Positions 19,831 to 29,993 are shown, counted from the first letter of the stretch. The stretch: 64,000 nucleotides of DNA from Parcubacteria group bacterium (GCA_028286605.1 JAQBRE010000002.1:464065-528064); one strand, 5' to 3'. Program-made: numbers and translations. The notes: a model not told the origin generated them from the sequence alone.

Positions 19831-20511
19831 CTACGGGTATCCGGGGTAATACTCGATCTTAATGTCATCCACCCACTCAGTGCCTGGAATAACACTTAAC
19901 ACCTTACCGAAAATCCTTGAATCCTCCTGATTCACCGGAATAGGCTGATACGTACCGTAATGATTCTGCGGATTCAAGTACACCATTTCATCTATCTTTC
20001 GATACTGCTTGATAACGGCCATGTTACCGAGTACCGCAACCACTTGGTCTCCGTCGCTCACTTCTTCGGTTACCTCAACTATTACGTAGTCGCCGCTGCG
20101 GATACCTGCATCGATCATACTGTCGCCAACTGCACGAACCGCTGCAAGATTCTTCTTGGTGCCAACCAAGCGGCTATCGATAGCGATGAATTCTCCGAAC
20201 TCATTCTGCGCGAACACCTCAACAGCATCACACCCTGCAGAAGCGATGACAGGAATCTGAATGATGCCTGAGTGCGCGAAAGGGAATTCAGTATCAAGGA
20301 TAGTGATGCTGCGATGCTGGTTGCGGTCGCGCTTCGTAAAGCCTTTTCGTTCTAATGATTCAAGACGCTGCGTAACGCTGCGAAGCGAGCGTAGATTCAG
20401 GCCGATACGCATTTCAGTAATGGTCGGAGCCTGCTGATTTTTCGCAAAATACTGCTTTATAAAATTGAGCGTTTCTTCCTGTGCACCGGTGAGAATATTG
20501 TGCGTTGCCAT
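19831..20511 (-). CDS. lexA: LexA repressor (start trimmed to MATHNIL)
   Basis: N-terminal wHTH, S24 peptidase core AVRAVGDSMIDAGIRSGDYVIV with Ser and downstream Lys (VLGNMAVIKQY). Confidence 0.85.
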   Translation of the reverse strand: MATHNILTGAQEETLNFIKQYFAKNQQAPTITEMRIGLNLRSLRSVTQRLESLERKGFTKRDRNQHRSITILDTEFPFAHSGIIQIPVIASAGCDAVEVFAQNEFGEFIAIDSRLVGTKKNLAAVRAVGDSMIDAGIRSGDYVIVEVTEEVSDGDQVVAVLGNMAVIKQYRKIDEMVYLNPQNHYGTYQPIPVNQEDSRIFGKVLSVIPGTEWVDDIKIEYYPGYP

Positions 20512-20685
20512 ATATCTACAAGATACACCCATCACGCATGCATGTTGTATGTTATCCACACAATTTGCACACAACATACACAACTTTACTGCACAGGTAA
20601 AAAGAAAAACCGCTCCTCCTCCTGTGTCTCGCAATAAATGCGATAGCAGGAAGAGGGCGATTTTCAGATTGGCTTGCGCCATAGA

Positions 20686-21396
20686 TCAGGTCGGAACGAC
20701 CACCGGACGCCGAAGCTTCCGGAACATCGCACCGACGCCGCCGAAGCCGACGAGCATCAAAGCCCACATCGACGGTTCGGGAACCGCATGAACTTCGGTG
20801 ATTTGCGCAAAGACGTTGTCGATGGCGATGGCGTTGTGTTCCAGGCCGGTGGTGCCGAGGGGGTCGGTCTCACTGGTGGGCTTCACAGCCAGCCAAAGAT
20901 CGGTGAACGTGCCGCTGGTCGCCTCGATGTTGAGGGTCTCGAAGCTGTGGAACGGAACGCCGCCGAAGGTCTGGGCCGTAACGAAGGTCGTGCCGTTCAT
21001 CACCCGCAGAAGCAGATTGTCGCCCGGCGCGCTGAAGAAGCTGCCGAAGTCGAGGCTCAGCGCTTTGAAGGCGGTGCCGGGAGCCGAGTGGATGTCGATG
21101 TAGCCGAGGTGCTGCGAAGGCGCGAAGCTCGGGTTGGAACCCGCCAGCGTGCTGATGATGTCCTGCGTCGAAGAAAGGCTCTTGACGTCGAAAATCATGC
21201 CGTCATTGGTGTAGGTACTCACACCCGGAGCCGTGCCGGTGAAGCCCGTGAAATCCACGGAGTTCGTGGCGATAAAGCCCGGAGGAACGCCCACCGAAAC
21301 GATGACCGTCGTGGCGTTCGCCGGAGTCGAGAGCGCGAGAAGCGCACCCGCCAAAGCGAGGGCCGAAGCGGCCCCAAGCAGAGAAACGTGTCGCAT
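20686..21396 (-). CDS. PEP-CTERM-anchored secreted protein
   Basis: Signal peptide; C-terminal VPEPSMWALMLVGFGGVGAMFRKLRR; gene ~65% GC. Confidence 0.8.
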   Translation of the reverse strand: MRHVSLLGAASALALAGALLALSTPANATTVIVSVGVPPGFIATNSVDFTGFTGTAPGVSTYTNDGMIFDVKSLSSTQDIISTLAGSNPSFAPSQHLGYIDIHSAPGTAFKALSLDFGSFFSAPGDNLLLRVMNGTTFVTAQTFGGVPFHSFETLNIEATSGTFTDLWLAVKPTSETDPLGTTGLEHNAIAIDNVFAQITEVHAVPEPSMWALMLVGFGGVGAMFRKLRRPVVVPT

Positions 21397-21531
21397 GTAG
21401 ACTCTCCTTCAAGAGACTGTTGAACTAGGTTAATCTATGGGAAGCAAGAAGAACTGTATTTCCTCTATATACTACAAACAACCACGATTCTGTCAAGGGC
21501 TATTCACAGGAAACCCAGTATTTCCAAGGTA

Positions 21532-21560
21532 TTGACAAAATGACCAATATAGATTTAAAT
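21532..21560 (+). promoter_or_regulatory. Candidate sigma70 promoter (TTGACA-17-TTAAAT) for 21642 gene
   Basis: Read in AT-rich divergent intergenic region; GGGAGA RBS before ATG 21642. Confidence 0.4.
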
Positions 21561-21641
21561 ACACGGGACTACAGCGGTTCGCCCTTGGGGGACTGACGGT
21601 ACGTCTTGTACAACACCAACCGGTTCAGGGAGATCTGACCA

Positions 21642-22184
21642 ATGAATATCAAGCTTCTCGCGGGCGCCGCTCTGGCGCTCGGTCTGACCACTGCGGCCTT
21701 CGGGGCGCAGGCCTCGATCTACGACTTCAGCTGGATCGACACCGTCGGCGGCAACGATTCGGCCACCGGGCAATTCACCTTGAACAGCTCGTCTGTGATC
21801 ACCAACTTCACCGGCACGCAAATCGTGGGCACCAGCACCAGCGCAATCGGCGGCACCTCGAGCTTCGGCTCGGCGGATCAGCTCTTCTCGCCGACGGCGG
21901 CGGAGCCCTTCGACTTCAATGGCGCGTCCTACCACACGGCGACCCTCGGCGACTTCAATCTGGCCTTCGACCCGGGGAGCGGCTTGGGCCTCGTGCGCAT
22001 CAGCAGCACCGAAACCCCCGGCGGCACCGCCGACGGCGAACACTCGATCACGTTCTCGGCGACCAAGGTCGCGGGCGGCGTTCCGGAACCGGCGAGCTGG
22101 GCTCTGATGATCCTGGGCTTCGGCGGCGTCGGCGCCACCCTGCGCAACACGAAGCGGAAGACGGCCCTGGCCGCCACCGCCTAG
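21642..22184 (+). CDS. PEP-CTERM-anchored secreted protein
   Basis: Signal peptide; C-terminal VPEPASWALMILGFGGVGATLRNTKRK; GC-rich. Confidence 0.8.
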   Translation: MNIKLLAGAALALGLTTAAFGAQASIYDFSWIDTVGGNDSATGQFTLNSSSVITNFTGTQIVGTSTSAIGGTSSFGSADQLFSPTAAEPFDFNGASYHTATLGDFNLAFDPGSGLGLVRISSTETPGGTADGEHSITFSATKVAGGVPEPASWALMILGFGGVGATLRNTKRKTALAATA

Positions 22185-22237
22185 AACGCAGAAGCGCGAC
22201 GACGACTAAACCACGTGCCGCCGAGGCGGCACGAAAA

Positions 22238-22272
22238 GGGCCTCTCCAGAAATGGAGAGGCCCACTTTTTAT
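22238..22272. terminator. Bidirectional terminator (gggcctctcc-agaaat-ggagaggccc + actttttatac)
   Basis: Between convergent 21642 and 22292 genes. Confidence 0.7.
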
Positions 22273-22291
22273 ACTTTGGTCAGGCGAAAAC

Positions 22292-22798
22292 CTAATCTAC
22301 GATGACGTTGATCGTGTACGGCTTCGCAATATTCGTTGCGGGCCAGTACGGCGTGAACGTCATGTTCGACGCGGCGGTGAAGCTTACCATCTTCGTGCTG
22401 CCAGGAGTAATAGTTCCTGTGGAAAGAGTCGCGCTGCGGTAGTCGAGGCCGCCATGATACGTGGTTCCCGCGTCAGCGCCGAAGGTGATGCTTACCGGCG
22501 TTCCTTTCTTAACCGTAATGGTCTTGAGGTCTGCCGTCGCATCATTTCCGTTTACAACGAAGTGCATCGCTGCGGGAGTGCCCGCTGAAGGTACAGGAGT
22601 CGCTCCGATTGTCACATTCGCTTGCACCATCGCAGGAGCCGCGGTGCCGCTTATATCCATACCAGTTGGCATGGTGGTTGATGACACCGCCTGAGTTGTT
22701 GCTGGTATGGAAGCTGCATTATTCTTCATCCATGCGTATACACCGCCTGCAATGAGGACGAGTACGATGATGAGGCCGATAACGTAAGGAGTTTTCAT
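22292..22798 (-). CDS. Membrane-anchored Ser/Thr/Ala-rich secreted protein, hypothetical
   Basis: N-terminal TM MKTPYVIGLIIVLVLIAGGVYAW; beta-rich C-terminal domain. Confidence 0.5.
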   Translation of the reverse strand: MKTPYVIGLIIVLVLIAGGVYAWMKNNAASIPATTQAVSSTTMPTGMDISGTAAPAMVQANVTIGATPVPSAGTPAAMHFVVNGNDATADLKTITVKKGTPVSITFGADAGTTYHGGLDYRSATLSTGTITPGSTKMVSFTAASNMTFTPYWPATNIAKPYTINVIVD

Positions 22799-22866
22799 AC
22801 GGAATTTCGGTTAGAGGGTATTGAATACTTAGTATACTACGATGAAATACCTTATAATGGTGAATT

Positions 22867-24624
22867 ATGGCTGATAAACAAGCTTCAACCCCTCCTGCGG
22901 AGGGAACTCTTTTTGACCTGCTACGCCCGTACAGCGGGTGGATAATTCTGCTGCTCGTATTCACGATAGGCGGGAACGCGCTTAACCTTGCAGTGCCGCA
23001 GATTCTTTCGCAGGCTATTGATGCGTACACCACGCACACGCTGGTTCTGGGCCGAACGCTTACGCTGTTCGGTTTCGTGGCCTTCGGAATCTTCCTTTTG
23101 AACAACCTGCAGAGCCTGGTGCAGACATATGCATCAGAGCGCGTTGCACGTGATCTGCGTACCCGTATCGCCACTGCTATCTCGCATCAGGACTACGCGA
23201 GCGCGGAAGAGATGACCCCATCGACCCTTCTGACGAACCTTACTTCTGACGTAGACGCAGTGAAGACATTCGTTTCGCAGGCCGTGGCGTCTATCATCTC
23301 TTCGATTTTCCTTATCATCGGCGCGAGCGCGTTGCTACTTTCGATTAACTGGAAGCTCGCGCTCGCCGTGCTTGCCGTTCTTCCATTCATTGGCGGAACC
23401 TTCTATGTAGTGCTCGGTCGCGTTCGTAAGCTATTCCGTAGATCGCAGGAAGCTATTGATCGCCTGAATAAGGTGATTAATGAAAGCGTGTTGGGTGCGG
23501 CGCTTATTCGTCTTCTAAATTCGCAAACACAAGAGTACGGCAAGTTCCTTGATGCGAACGGTAATGCACGAAGCATCAGCATGCAGATATTACGCCTGTT
23601 TGCCGCAATGATTCCGGTTATTACGTTCCTTACGAACGTCGCGACGCTCGTAATTCTTATACTGGGTGGCGAGTTCGTGATCGGAGGAACGATGACGCTT
23701 GGTCAGTTCACGGCGTTCAATAGTTACTTGGGTATCCTTATCTTCCCGATAATCATCATTGGTTTTATGAGCAACGCGATCGCACAGGCGAGTGCATCAT
23801 ATGCGCGTATTTCCGTGGTGCTTGGCAAGCCAGTACGCGATGCAGGAGGCGAGCGAAGTTCGCCTCTGACCGGAGCTATCGAAGTTCACGACCTCTCGCA
23901 ATCGTTCGGCGAACAGAAAGTGCTTCGCGACGTATCCTTCTCCATCAAGCCAGGAACGAAGAACGCTATTCTTGGTCCCACGGCAGCAGGAAAGTCGCAG
24001 CTCCTGTATCTTATGACCGGCCTGCTCGCACCGAACTCCGGTACGGTTTTGTATGACGGCGAACCTATCAATGCATATCAGAAGGCATCATTCTATTCGC
24101 AGATCGGTTTCGTATTCCAGGACAGCAGCATGTTCAACCTTACGCTTCGCGAGAACATCGCATTCAGCACGAGCGTTACGGATGAGCAGCTCGCGAAAGC
24201 TATCGACACCGCAGAGCTACATGATTTCATCGCATCGCTTCCAGATGGCCTCGACACTATCGTTTCCGAACGCGGCACATCGCTTTCCGGCGGCCAGAAG
24301 CAGCGCGTAATGCTTGCCCGTGCACTCGCGCAGGATCCGAAGATCCTGCTGCTTGATGATTTCACTGCGCGTGTAGATACGCGCACCGAGCAATCCATCC
24401 TTGCGAACGTGCGTAAGAATTATCCAGACCTCACGCTCATTTCCGTTACGCAGAAGATCGCGCCGATAGAAGACTACGATCAGATCATCGTACTTATGGA
24501 AGGAGAAATACTGGCGACCGGCGTACACAAGGATCTGATGCACACTTCACCGGAATACGTCCAGATATATGATTCGCAGCAGTCCACTGAACAATATGAT
24601 GCACCGAAGCACCCAACCGCATAA
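22867..24624 (+). CDS. ABC transporter permease/ATP-binding protein (type I exporter half-transporter)
   Basis: 6-TM domain + NBD with Walker A GPTAAGKS, signature LSGGQKQR, Walker B ILLLDD. Confidence 0.9.
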   Translation: MADKQASTPPAEGTLFDLLRPYSGWIILLLVFTIGGNALNLAVPQILSQAIDAYTTHTLVLGRTLTLFGFVAFGIFLLNNLQSLVQTYASERVARDLRTRIATAISHQDYASAEEMTPSTLLTNLTSDVDAVKTFVSQAVASIISSIFLIIGASALLLSINWKLALAVLAVLPFIGGTFYVVLGRVRKLFRRSQEAIDRLNKVINESVLGAALIRLLNSQTQEYGKFLDANGNARSISMQILRLFAAMIPVITFLTNVATLVILILGGEFVIGGTMTLGQFTAFNSYLGILIFPIIIIGFMSNAIAQASASYARISVVLGKPVRDAGGERSSPLTGAIEVHDLSQSFGEQKVLRDVSFSIKPGTKNAILGPTAAGKSQLLYLMTGLLAPNSGTVLYDGEPINAYQKASFYSQIGFVFQDSSMFNLTLRENIAFSTSVTDEQLAKAIDTAELHDFIASLPDGLDTIVSERGTSLSGGQKQRVMLARALAQDPKILLLDDFTARVDTRTEQSILANVRKNYPDLTLISVTQKIAPIEDYDQIIVLMEGEILATGVHKDLMHTSPEYVQIYDSQQSTEQYDAPKHPTA

Positions 24625-24627
24625 CCT

Positions 24628-26394
24628 ATGGATTACACCCTAACCACATCAGGAGGAGACGAAAAAAAGAAAGCGCTCGCAGGCGCGTGGGAAAGCCTTG
24701 CGCCGCTTCTTCGTGATGAGAAGACGAACCTGGCTATCGCGCTTATTGCAGTACTCGTGAACTCTGCAACGAACCTGCTTGCACCTATCGTCATCGCGCA
24801 CGTTATCGATACAGCAATCGCTACGCACAACTTCGTTGAGGTGCTGCGTGAAAGCGCGCTGCTTGGCGTAGTGTATGTTGCCGGCCTTATTGCAGGGTAT
24901 TTGCAGACCATTCGTATGGGAACGGTCGGTCGCGGCGTTCTTTTCAAGCTTCGTAATGCGCTTTTCACCAAGCTTTCTGAACTGCCTATCGCGTTCTTCA
25001 ATCAGAACAAGGCAGGCGATCTTATTTCGCGCATCAACAATGATACCGACAAGCTCAACCAATTCTTCGCGCAGGCGCTGATGCAGTTCATCGGCAGCTT
25101 CTTCGTTATTCTTGGCGCAGGCGTATTGCTACTTGTGCTGAATTGGCACTTAGGCCTCGGCGCACTCTTGCCAGCTGCAGGCGTGCTCATTATCACGCAA
25201 TTCCTTTCACCGTGGGTGAAGCGCAAGAGCCGCGACGGCCTGCAGAGCCTCGGTTCGCTTTCTGCCGAAGTGCAGGAAAGCATCGCGAACTTCAAAGTGA
25301 TCGTCGCCTTCGATCGTTTGGATTATTTCCGTCAGAAGTTCGATCAGGCGAATGTACGAAACTACAAAGCATCCGTCGGCGCTGGTATCGCCTCGAACCT
25401 ATTCACGCCACTGTATACGGTTGCGGCGAACATCGCGCAGATCGTGGTGCTTGGCTATGGCGTCCTGCTGATATCGAACGGTTCGCTCACGGTGGGTCTC
25501 TTGATTGGGTACCTTCTATACGTAACGAGCTTCTATAACCCGCTTCGCCAGCTCGCCAGCGTATGGTCCAGCTTGCAGCTTGCCCTTGCGTCGCTCGACC
25601 GCATTCAGGAAGTGCTCGGTCTTGAAAGCAATCTGCCGATACTGCCGGTTACCTCAACAGATTCGAAGCATGCACACACGCTGCTTTCTTTCGACGACGT
25701 CTCCTTCGCCTATCCTGAAGGGAAGAATGTGCTGCATGATGTTTCCTTCGAGCTTGCGCAGGGAAAGACGTACGCACTCGTTGGTCCCACGGGTGGAGGC
25801 AAAACCACGACCGCATCGCTCATGGCACGTCTCTTTGATCCTGTCTCAGGAACTATCGAACTGAATGGAAAAGATATTCGAACGTATACGCCTGAAGAAC
25901 GCGCGAAACATATCGGTTTTATCTTGCAGGAACCGTTCCTGTTCAGCGGCACTATTCGTGACAACATTTCGTATGGAAATCCTGAACTCGTCGCGATGAA
26001 TGATGATGAGTTGCGAGCGGTATTGAAAGAGAAAAATCTCGTGCAGCTCATTGAACGATTTAATGATGGATTGGATACGAATGTAGTTGCGGCAGGAGAA
26101 GGTATTTCATTGGGGCAGAAGCAGCTCATCGCGTTCATGCGCGCGGTACTCCGCGCGCCGGCACTGCTTATTCTTGATGAAGCAACGGCGAACATCGATA
26201 CCGTTACGGAACAGCTTCTTGAAGAAATCCTTGAACAGCTTCCGCGCACCACGACGAAAGTTATTATCGCGCATCGCCTTAATACTATTCAAAGCGCAGA
26301 TAGTATCTTCTTCGTGAATGGAGGAACCGTTACAGAGGCGGGTTCAATGGAACACGCTGTGGAGATGCTCCTTTCTGGAACGCACGCGAGCTAG
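24628..26394 (+). CDS. ABC transporter permease/ATP-binding protein, partner half-transporter
   Basis: Walker A GPTGGGKTT, signature ISLGQKQL, Walker B LILDEATA; adjacent to first half. Confidence 0.9.
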   Translation: MDYTLTTSGGDEKKKALAGAWESLAPLLRDEKTNLAIALIAVLVNSATNLLAPIVIAHVIDTAIATHNFVEVLRESALLGVVYVAGLIAGYLQTIRMGTVGRGVLFKLRNALFTKLSELPIAFFNQNKAGDLISRINNDTDKLNQFFAQALMQFIGSFFVILGAGVLLLVLNWHLGLGALLPAAGVLIITQFLSPWVKRKSRDGLQSLGSLSAEVQESIANFKVIVAFDRLDYFRQKFDQANVRNYKASVGAGIASNLFTPLYTVAANIAQIVVLGYGVLLISNGSLTVGLLIGYLLYVTSFYNPLRQLASVWSSLQLALASLDRIQEVLGLESNLPILPVTSTDSKHAHTLLSFDDVSFAYPEGKNVLHDVSFELAQGKTYALVGPTGGGKTTTASLMARLFDPVSGTIELNGKDIRTYTPEERAKHIGFILQEPFLFSGTIRDNISYGNPELVAMNDDELRAVLKEKNLVQLIERFNDGLDTNVVAAGEGISLGQKQLIAFMRAVLRAPALLILDEATANIDTVTEQLLEEILEQLPRTTTKVIIAHRLNTIQSADSIFFVNGGTVTEAGSMEHAVEMLLSGTHAS

Positions 26395-26753
26395 TTCTTG
26401 CTAACCAGTTCGCCCAAAATAAGGCGCAGCTCCGCTGCGCCTATCGGCTTCGTTAAATGCGCTGTAAATCCTGCAGCAATAGCCTTCTCCTTATCTTCCT
26501 GCTGGCCGTATCCTGTAAGGGCAACCGCAGGCAATGTGTGGCCGAATGCGCGCATCGCAACAACCGTTGCGTACCCATCCATATCCGGCATGCCGATATC
26601 TATGAACGCGATGCTCGCTTCGGTATCGTGAAGATACTCAATCAGTTCGGCACCGGAATAGAGCGCCTGCGCCTCCCATCCCATCGCTTTCAGCAGCTTC
26701 ACCAATCCATCGGCCGCAGCCTGATTATCATCAACGATGAGGATCTTCTTCAT
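26391..26753 (-). CDS. Single-domain response regulator (CheY-like receiver)
   Basis: ILIVDDN...FIDIGMPDMDG...TAHLTKP receiver motifs. Confidence 0.85.
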   Translation of the reverse strand: MKKILIVDDNQAAADGLVKLLKAMGWEAQALYSGAELIEYLHDTEASIAFIDIGMPDMDGYATVVAMRAFGHTLPAVALTGYGQQEDKEKAIAAGFTAHLTKPIGAAELRLILGELVSKN

Positions 26754-26771
26754 GCACTCACAGTACTGGTA

Positions 26772-27557
26772 TCAGACTGATGGCGCAATAAGCGCAAGCA
26801 GCTTTTTGTGGAATTCCGAAGTGGCTGCTGAAACGAATCCCTTCGTATCGCCATCGTACCGCTGCGGTTCGCCGTGAAGATCTGAGGTTACGCCACCAGC
26901 TTCTTCCACGATTACTTTCGCCGCTGCGCAGTCCCACGGATTCGAAAGAGGGAATACGACGCCATCGAGCTGTCCGGCCGCAACCATCATGTGCGCATAC
27001 ACCGTTGAGCTGTATGAAAGCAGGCGGACGCGTTCTTGCCGTGCCTGCTCAAAAAAATTCAAGTTCTTAAATCCTTTGTGACCATCTGTTTCGATATAGC
27101 TTCCGTCAAGCTCCGTTCGCGCTGCCGTATGGATAGGCAGGTCATTCATGAACGCGCCCTCGCCGTGAACAGCGTGATACAAACGCTTCATGTGAGGGTC
27201 GTACACCACACCCACGACAGGTGTGCCCTTCTTCACTAAGGCTAGTGAAAAAACATTCGTAGGAACGCCGCGCACGAATGCCGCAGTGCCGTCGATCGGG
27301 TCGAAGACCCACACGAACTCGCTCTCCTTCATTCTCTTTCCTTCTTCGCCATATAAGCTGTGTTCGGGATACGCCGCTTCCAAACGTGCCACCACTAACT
27401 GCTGGATGCGTTCATCGGCCACGGTAACAGGGGACTGATTCGAGGCACTCTGAGAATCCTCTTTAAGAGTATATTCAACGTCCATGCCGAAATACTCCGT
27501 CATAATGACGCCCGCTTCTAGCGCGATTTCCTTCGCGATGTCCAAATACTCTTGCAT
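26772..27557 (-). CDS. Inositol monophosphatase family protein (start trimmed to MQEYLD)
   Basis: EEG, DPIDGT, WDCAA motifs. Confidence 0.85.
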   Translation of the reverse strand: MQEYLDIAKEIALEAGVIMTEYFGMDVEYTLKEDSQSASNQSPVTVADERIQQLVVARLEAAYPEHSLYGEEGKRMKESEFVWVFDPIDGTAAFVRGVPTNVFSLALVKKGTPVVGVVYDPHMKRLYHAVHGEGAFMNDLPIHTAARTELDGSYIETDGHKGFKNLNFFEQARQERVRLLSYSSTVYAHMMVAAGQLDGVVFPLSNPWDCAAAKVIVEEAGGVTSDLHGEPQRYDGDTKGFVSAATSEFHKKLLALIAPSV

Positions 27558-27632
27558 TTGCTGGATTATATCAGACCGTACATGAAATCTCCCTAAAGTA
27601 TAAAAAGAGACAGACACCGGTAAGAGTGCCTG

Positions 27633-28307
27633 TCAGAGTTCATCAACCCATTCCCAATTCAAAAGCACGCTATTGTCACGCTTTCTCGGGAGCTTGAAGC
27701 TAGAGGAGAATTGATGGGTTTGTACCGTGTGCCAGAACGTCGTCTTTCTGGTCCAGACCCCCTTGTACACCGATGAGGGGTGGAAGTCATCGAACGCCGG
27801 TAGAGTTATTCCGACTCGTACCGTTTCGCGCGGCATTATGTTGTCGGGCTTGAAACCCATTTCGTCTTGCATGCCGCGCAAGAGCGTTTTGAGAGGATCT
27901 TCACCTTTCTGCATCGTTTCCGAAATTGACCACATTTCAAGAGGAATCACGTCAGGATAGCCGGGGTAGTTTGGAACGGTTTCGCCATCCTCATATGTCC
28001 GACTCATCTCGATGATAAATTTCTTCTGGGTCGGATTGCGGATGATGGCGCGGGATGTCATCGCGTCTCGGACCGCTACGCCCGTATCCGAATCTTGATA
28101 GATCTTGATTTCTTTGAAATGCTTTTCACGATAGAGCGTGATGATCTTCTTGCGGGAGTGTCGATCGAATTCTGCAGCGAATTCTTTCCAGTCTTTAGGG
28201 AATTCATGCTCGCACGACGCGAGGAATTGAATAGTGTCCCTGAGGCCCGCGTCGGGGTCCAGGGTGCGAATCGTACCCATGGGTTCACTCCGGGTTGAGG
28301 GGTTCAA
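27633..28307 (-). CDS. Hypothetical protein (224 aa)
   Basis: ORF track only; no confident motif. Confidence 0.45.
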   Translation of the reverse strand: MNPSTRSEPMGTIRTLDPDAGLRDTIQFLASCEHEFPKDWKEFAAEFDRHSRKKIITLYREKHFKEIKIYQDSDTGVAVRDAMTSRAIIRNPTQKKFIIEMSRTYEDGETVPNYPGYPDVIPLEMWSISETMQKGEDPLKTLLRGMQDEMGFKPDNIMPRETVRVGITLPAFDDFHPSSVYKGVWTRKTTFWHTVQTHQFSSSFKLPRKRDNSVLLNWEWVDEL

Positions 28308-28361
28308 GTCTATCTTGATAGTACCCTAGTATTTGCCTTTAGCAATATATATGTCGTTATC

Positions 28362-29969
28362 TTAAATAAGCGGCAGGAGCACCATGAACTCACTTCCTTT
28401 GCCAACACCCTTGCTGCTCACCGTAACCGAGCCGCCATGAGCTCCTACGAAACTCTGCACAAGCGCCAAGCCGATACCCAAACCGTTCTGCGTGCGCTTG
28501 CCGGTACCCACCTGATGAAACGGCGTGAAGATATGCTGGAGCGATTCAGCGGGAATACCTATACCTTCATCCGTAATTTTTATTTCTACAGTACCGTTGT
28601 TCTTCTTCAAGACTACGGTGATCGAATCGCCGGAATCGGAATATTTGGAAGCGTTCGTAATGAGGTTCGAGAAGATCTGTTCAAGGCGAACAGGATCGCC
28701 CGAGACGAATAGAGATTTAATTCCGTCTTTATAGATAAGCGTCTGGTGGCGCTCCTTGATATGGTGCGCGGTGGAAAGTATCGCGCGCTTGATGATCATC
28801 TCGATGTTCACCCTTTCACGCGTAATACTGAGCTTGCCTTCAGAAATACGCGAGACGTCGAGCAGGTCATCAAGAAGACGACGGACGATCTTCATACGGC
28901 TATCCATCATGTCGAGCGTATCCATTTCTTCTGCATCGCGCGGCGCAGAGATCTTCAGGTAGTCGATAGCGCTCACCACGGGCGCGAGCGGGTTACGGAG
29001 CTCATGAGCAAGCACTGCGATAAAATCATTCTTGGCCTGCGATTCCGCACCGATGCGCGCCACTGCGTTTTCAAGAGTAGAAAGCTGTGAGCGCATAAGG
29101 GTCGTGTTCAGGCGACGATCCTCCTCCAGAGAAACGATGATCAGTATGACAATAGAAATAGTGATAAGAAGCGTCTGTACGGTGAAAAGCTGCACGTTGA
29201 ACAATTCCGGAGGTACGGTGCTAACAACATTCCACACGCCGAAAATACCGGTCAGAAGCAACGCAAGCGTAACGAAACGCGGACGCATGCGCAGCGCGAT
29301 CCAGAATAACGGAAAGAGAAGCAGATATATCAGATAGATACCGAACACATCAGCAACCTTGAATACGAAAAGCGCACTGTTTATAACGATAAGCAGTGCG
29401 AATATTACGAGCGTCTCGATAGTCTCTGCGCGTGAGCGGCTAAAGCGTATCTTTCCGAACCAGCGGAGAATAAACGGCGTAACGATAAGAATGCTGAAAA
29501 TAGCACCGGCATAGTGATGGCCCCAGAAGATACTCGTATAGGGTGCTCCCAAACTCAACCGGGTGATAGCGTCGAGAGTGGGAAATACGAGCGATGTGAT
29601 TCCCGCCATCGCAATCAAAGCGAACATATCGCTGTATTTGCGGAAGAGGGGATCAACGTTTGACTTGCGCAATATCGACGCGCCAAGAAGAGCCTGAACG
29701 ACATCTGCTGCGGCGAGTGTTAAAAGATGAGCGGTGGGAATGTGAAAGGCAAGACCGGCTGTGAGCGAAGCGAGCAGCACGAAGGGCCACAAACGCAGAC
29801 CACCGAAGAACAGGGCAGCGATACCGATAGCGGTTGCGGGATATAGCGCCGCCGAAGGCGGCGCAAACGTGGCCGTCAATCCATACACCACGAAATACGA
29901 CACGAAGAATACTGCGGCCACGCGCAGTTGCTGCATCGTATAGATTTGCCGACCATGGAGTTTCATCAT
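28362..29969 (-). CDS. Sensor histidine kinase with polytopic N-terminal membrane domain
   Basis: HisKA H-box VLAHELRNPL; HATPase_c G-boxes DEGIGIP, GLGIGLALVQSFVGAHGGSV. Confidence 0.85.
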   Translation of the reverse strand: MMKLHGRQIYTMQQLRVAAVFFVSYFVVYGLTATFAPPSAALYPATAIGIAALFFGGLRLWPFVLLASLTAGLAFHIPTAHLLTLAAADVVQALLGASILRKSNVDPLFRKYSDMFALIAMAGITSLVFPTLDAITRLSLGAPYTSIFWGHHYAGAIFSILIVTPFILRWFGKIRFSRSRAETIETLVIFALLIVINSALFVFKVADVFGIYLIYLLLFPLFWIALRMRPRFVTLALLLTGIFGVWNVVSTVPPELFNVQLFTVQTLLITISIVILIIVSLEEDRRLNTTLMRSQLSTLENAVARIGAESQAKNDFIAVLAHELRNPLAPVVSAIDYLKISAPRDAEEMDTLDMMDSRMKIVRRLLDDLLDVSRISEGKLSITRERVNIEMIIKRAILSTAHHIKERHQTLIYKDGIKSLFVSGDPVRLEQIFSNLITNASKYSDSGDSITVVLKKNNGTVEIKITDEGIGIPAESLQHIFTPFHQVGTGKRTQNGLGIGLALVQSFVGAHGGSVTVSSKGVGKGSEFMVLLPLI

Positions 29970-29993
29970 GGTATTCGTAGGAGTCCGTATGAA

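Noticed and set aside
27633-28307. Possible Nudix box around LLRGMQDEMGF
   Set aside because: It does not fit G-x5-E-x7-REUxEExGU (Thr where Glu is required, Gly/Asp for Glu-Glu). The protein is left as hypothetical.
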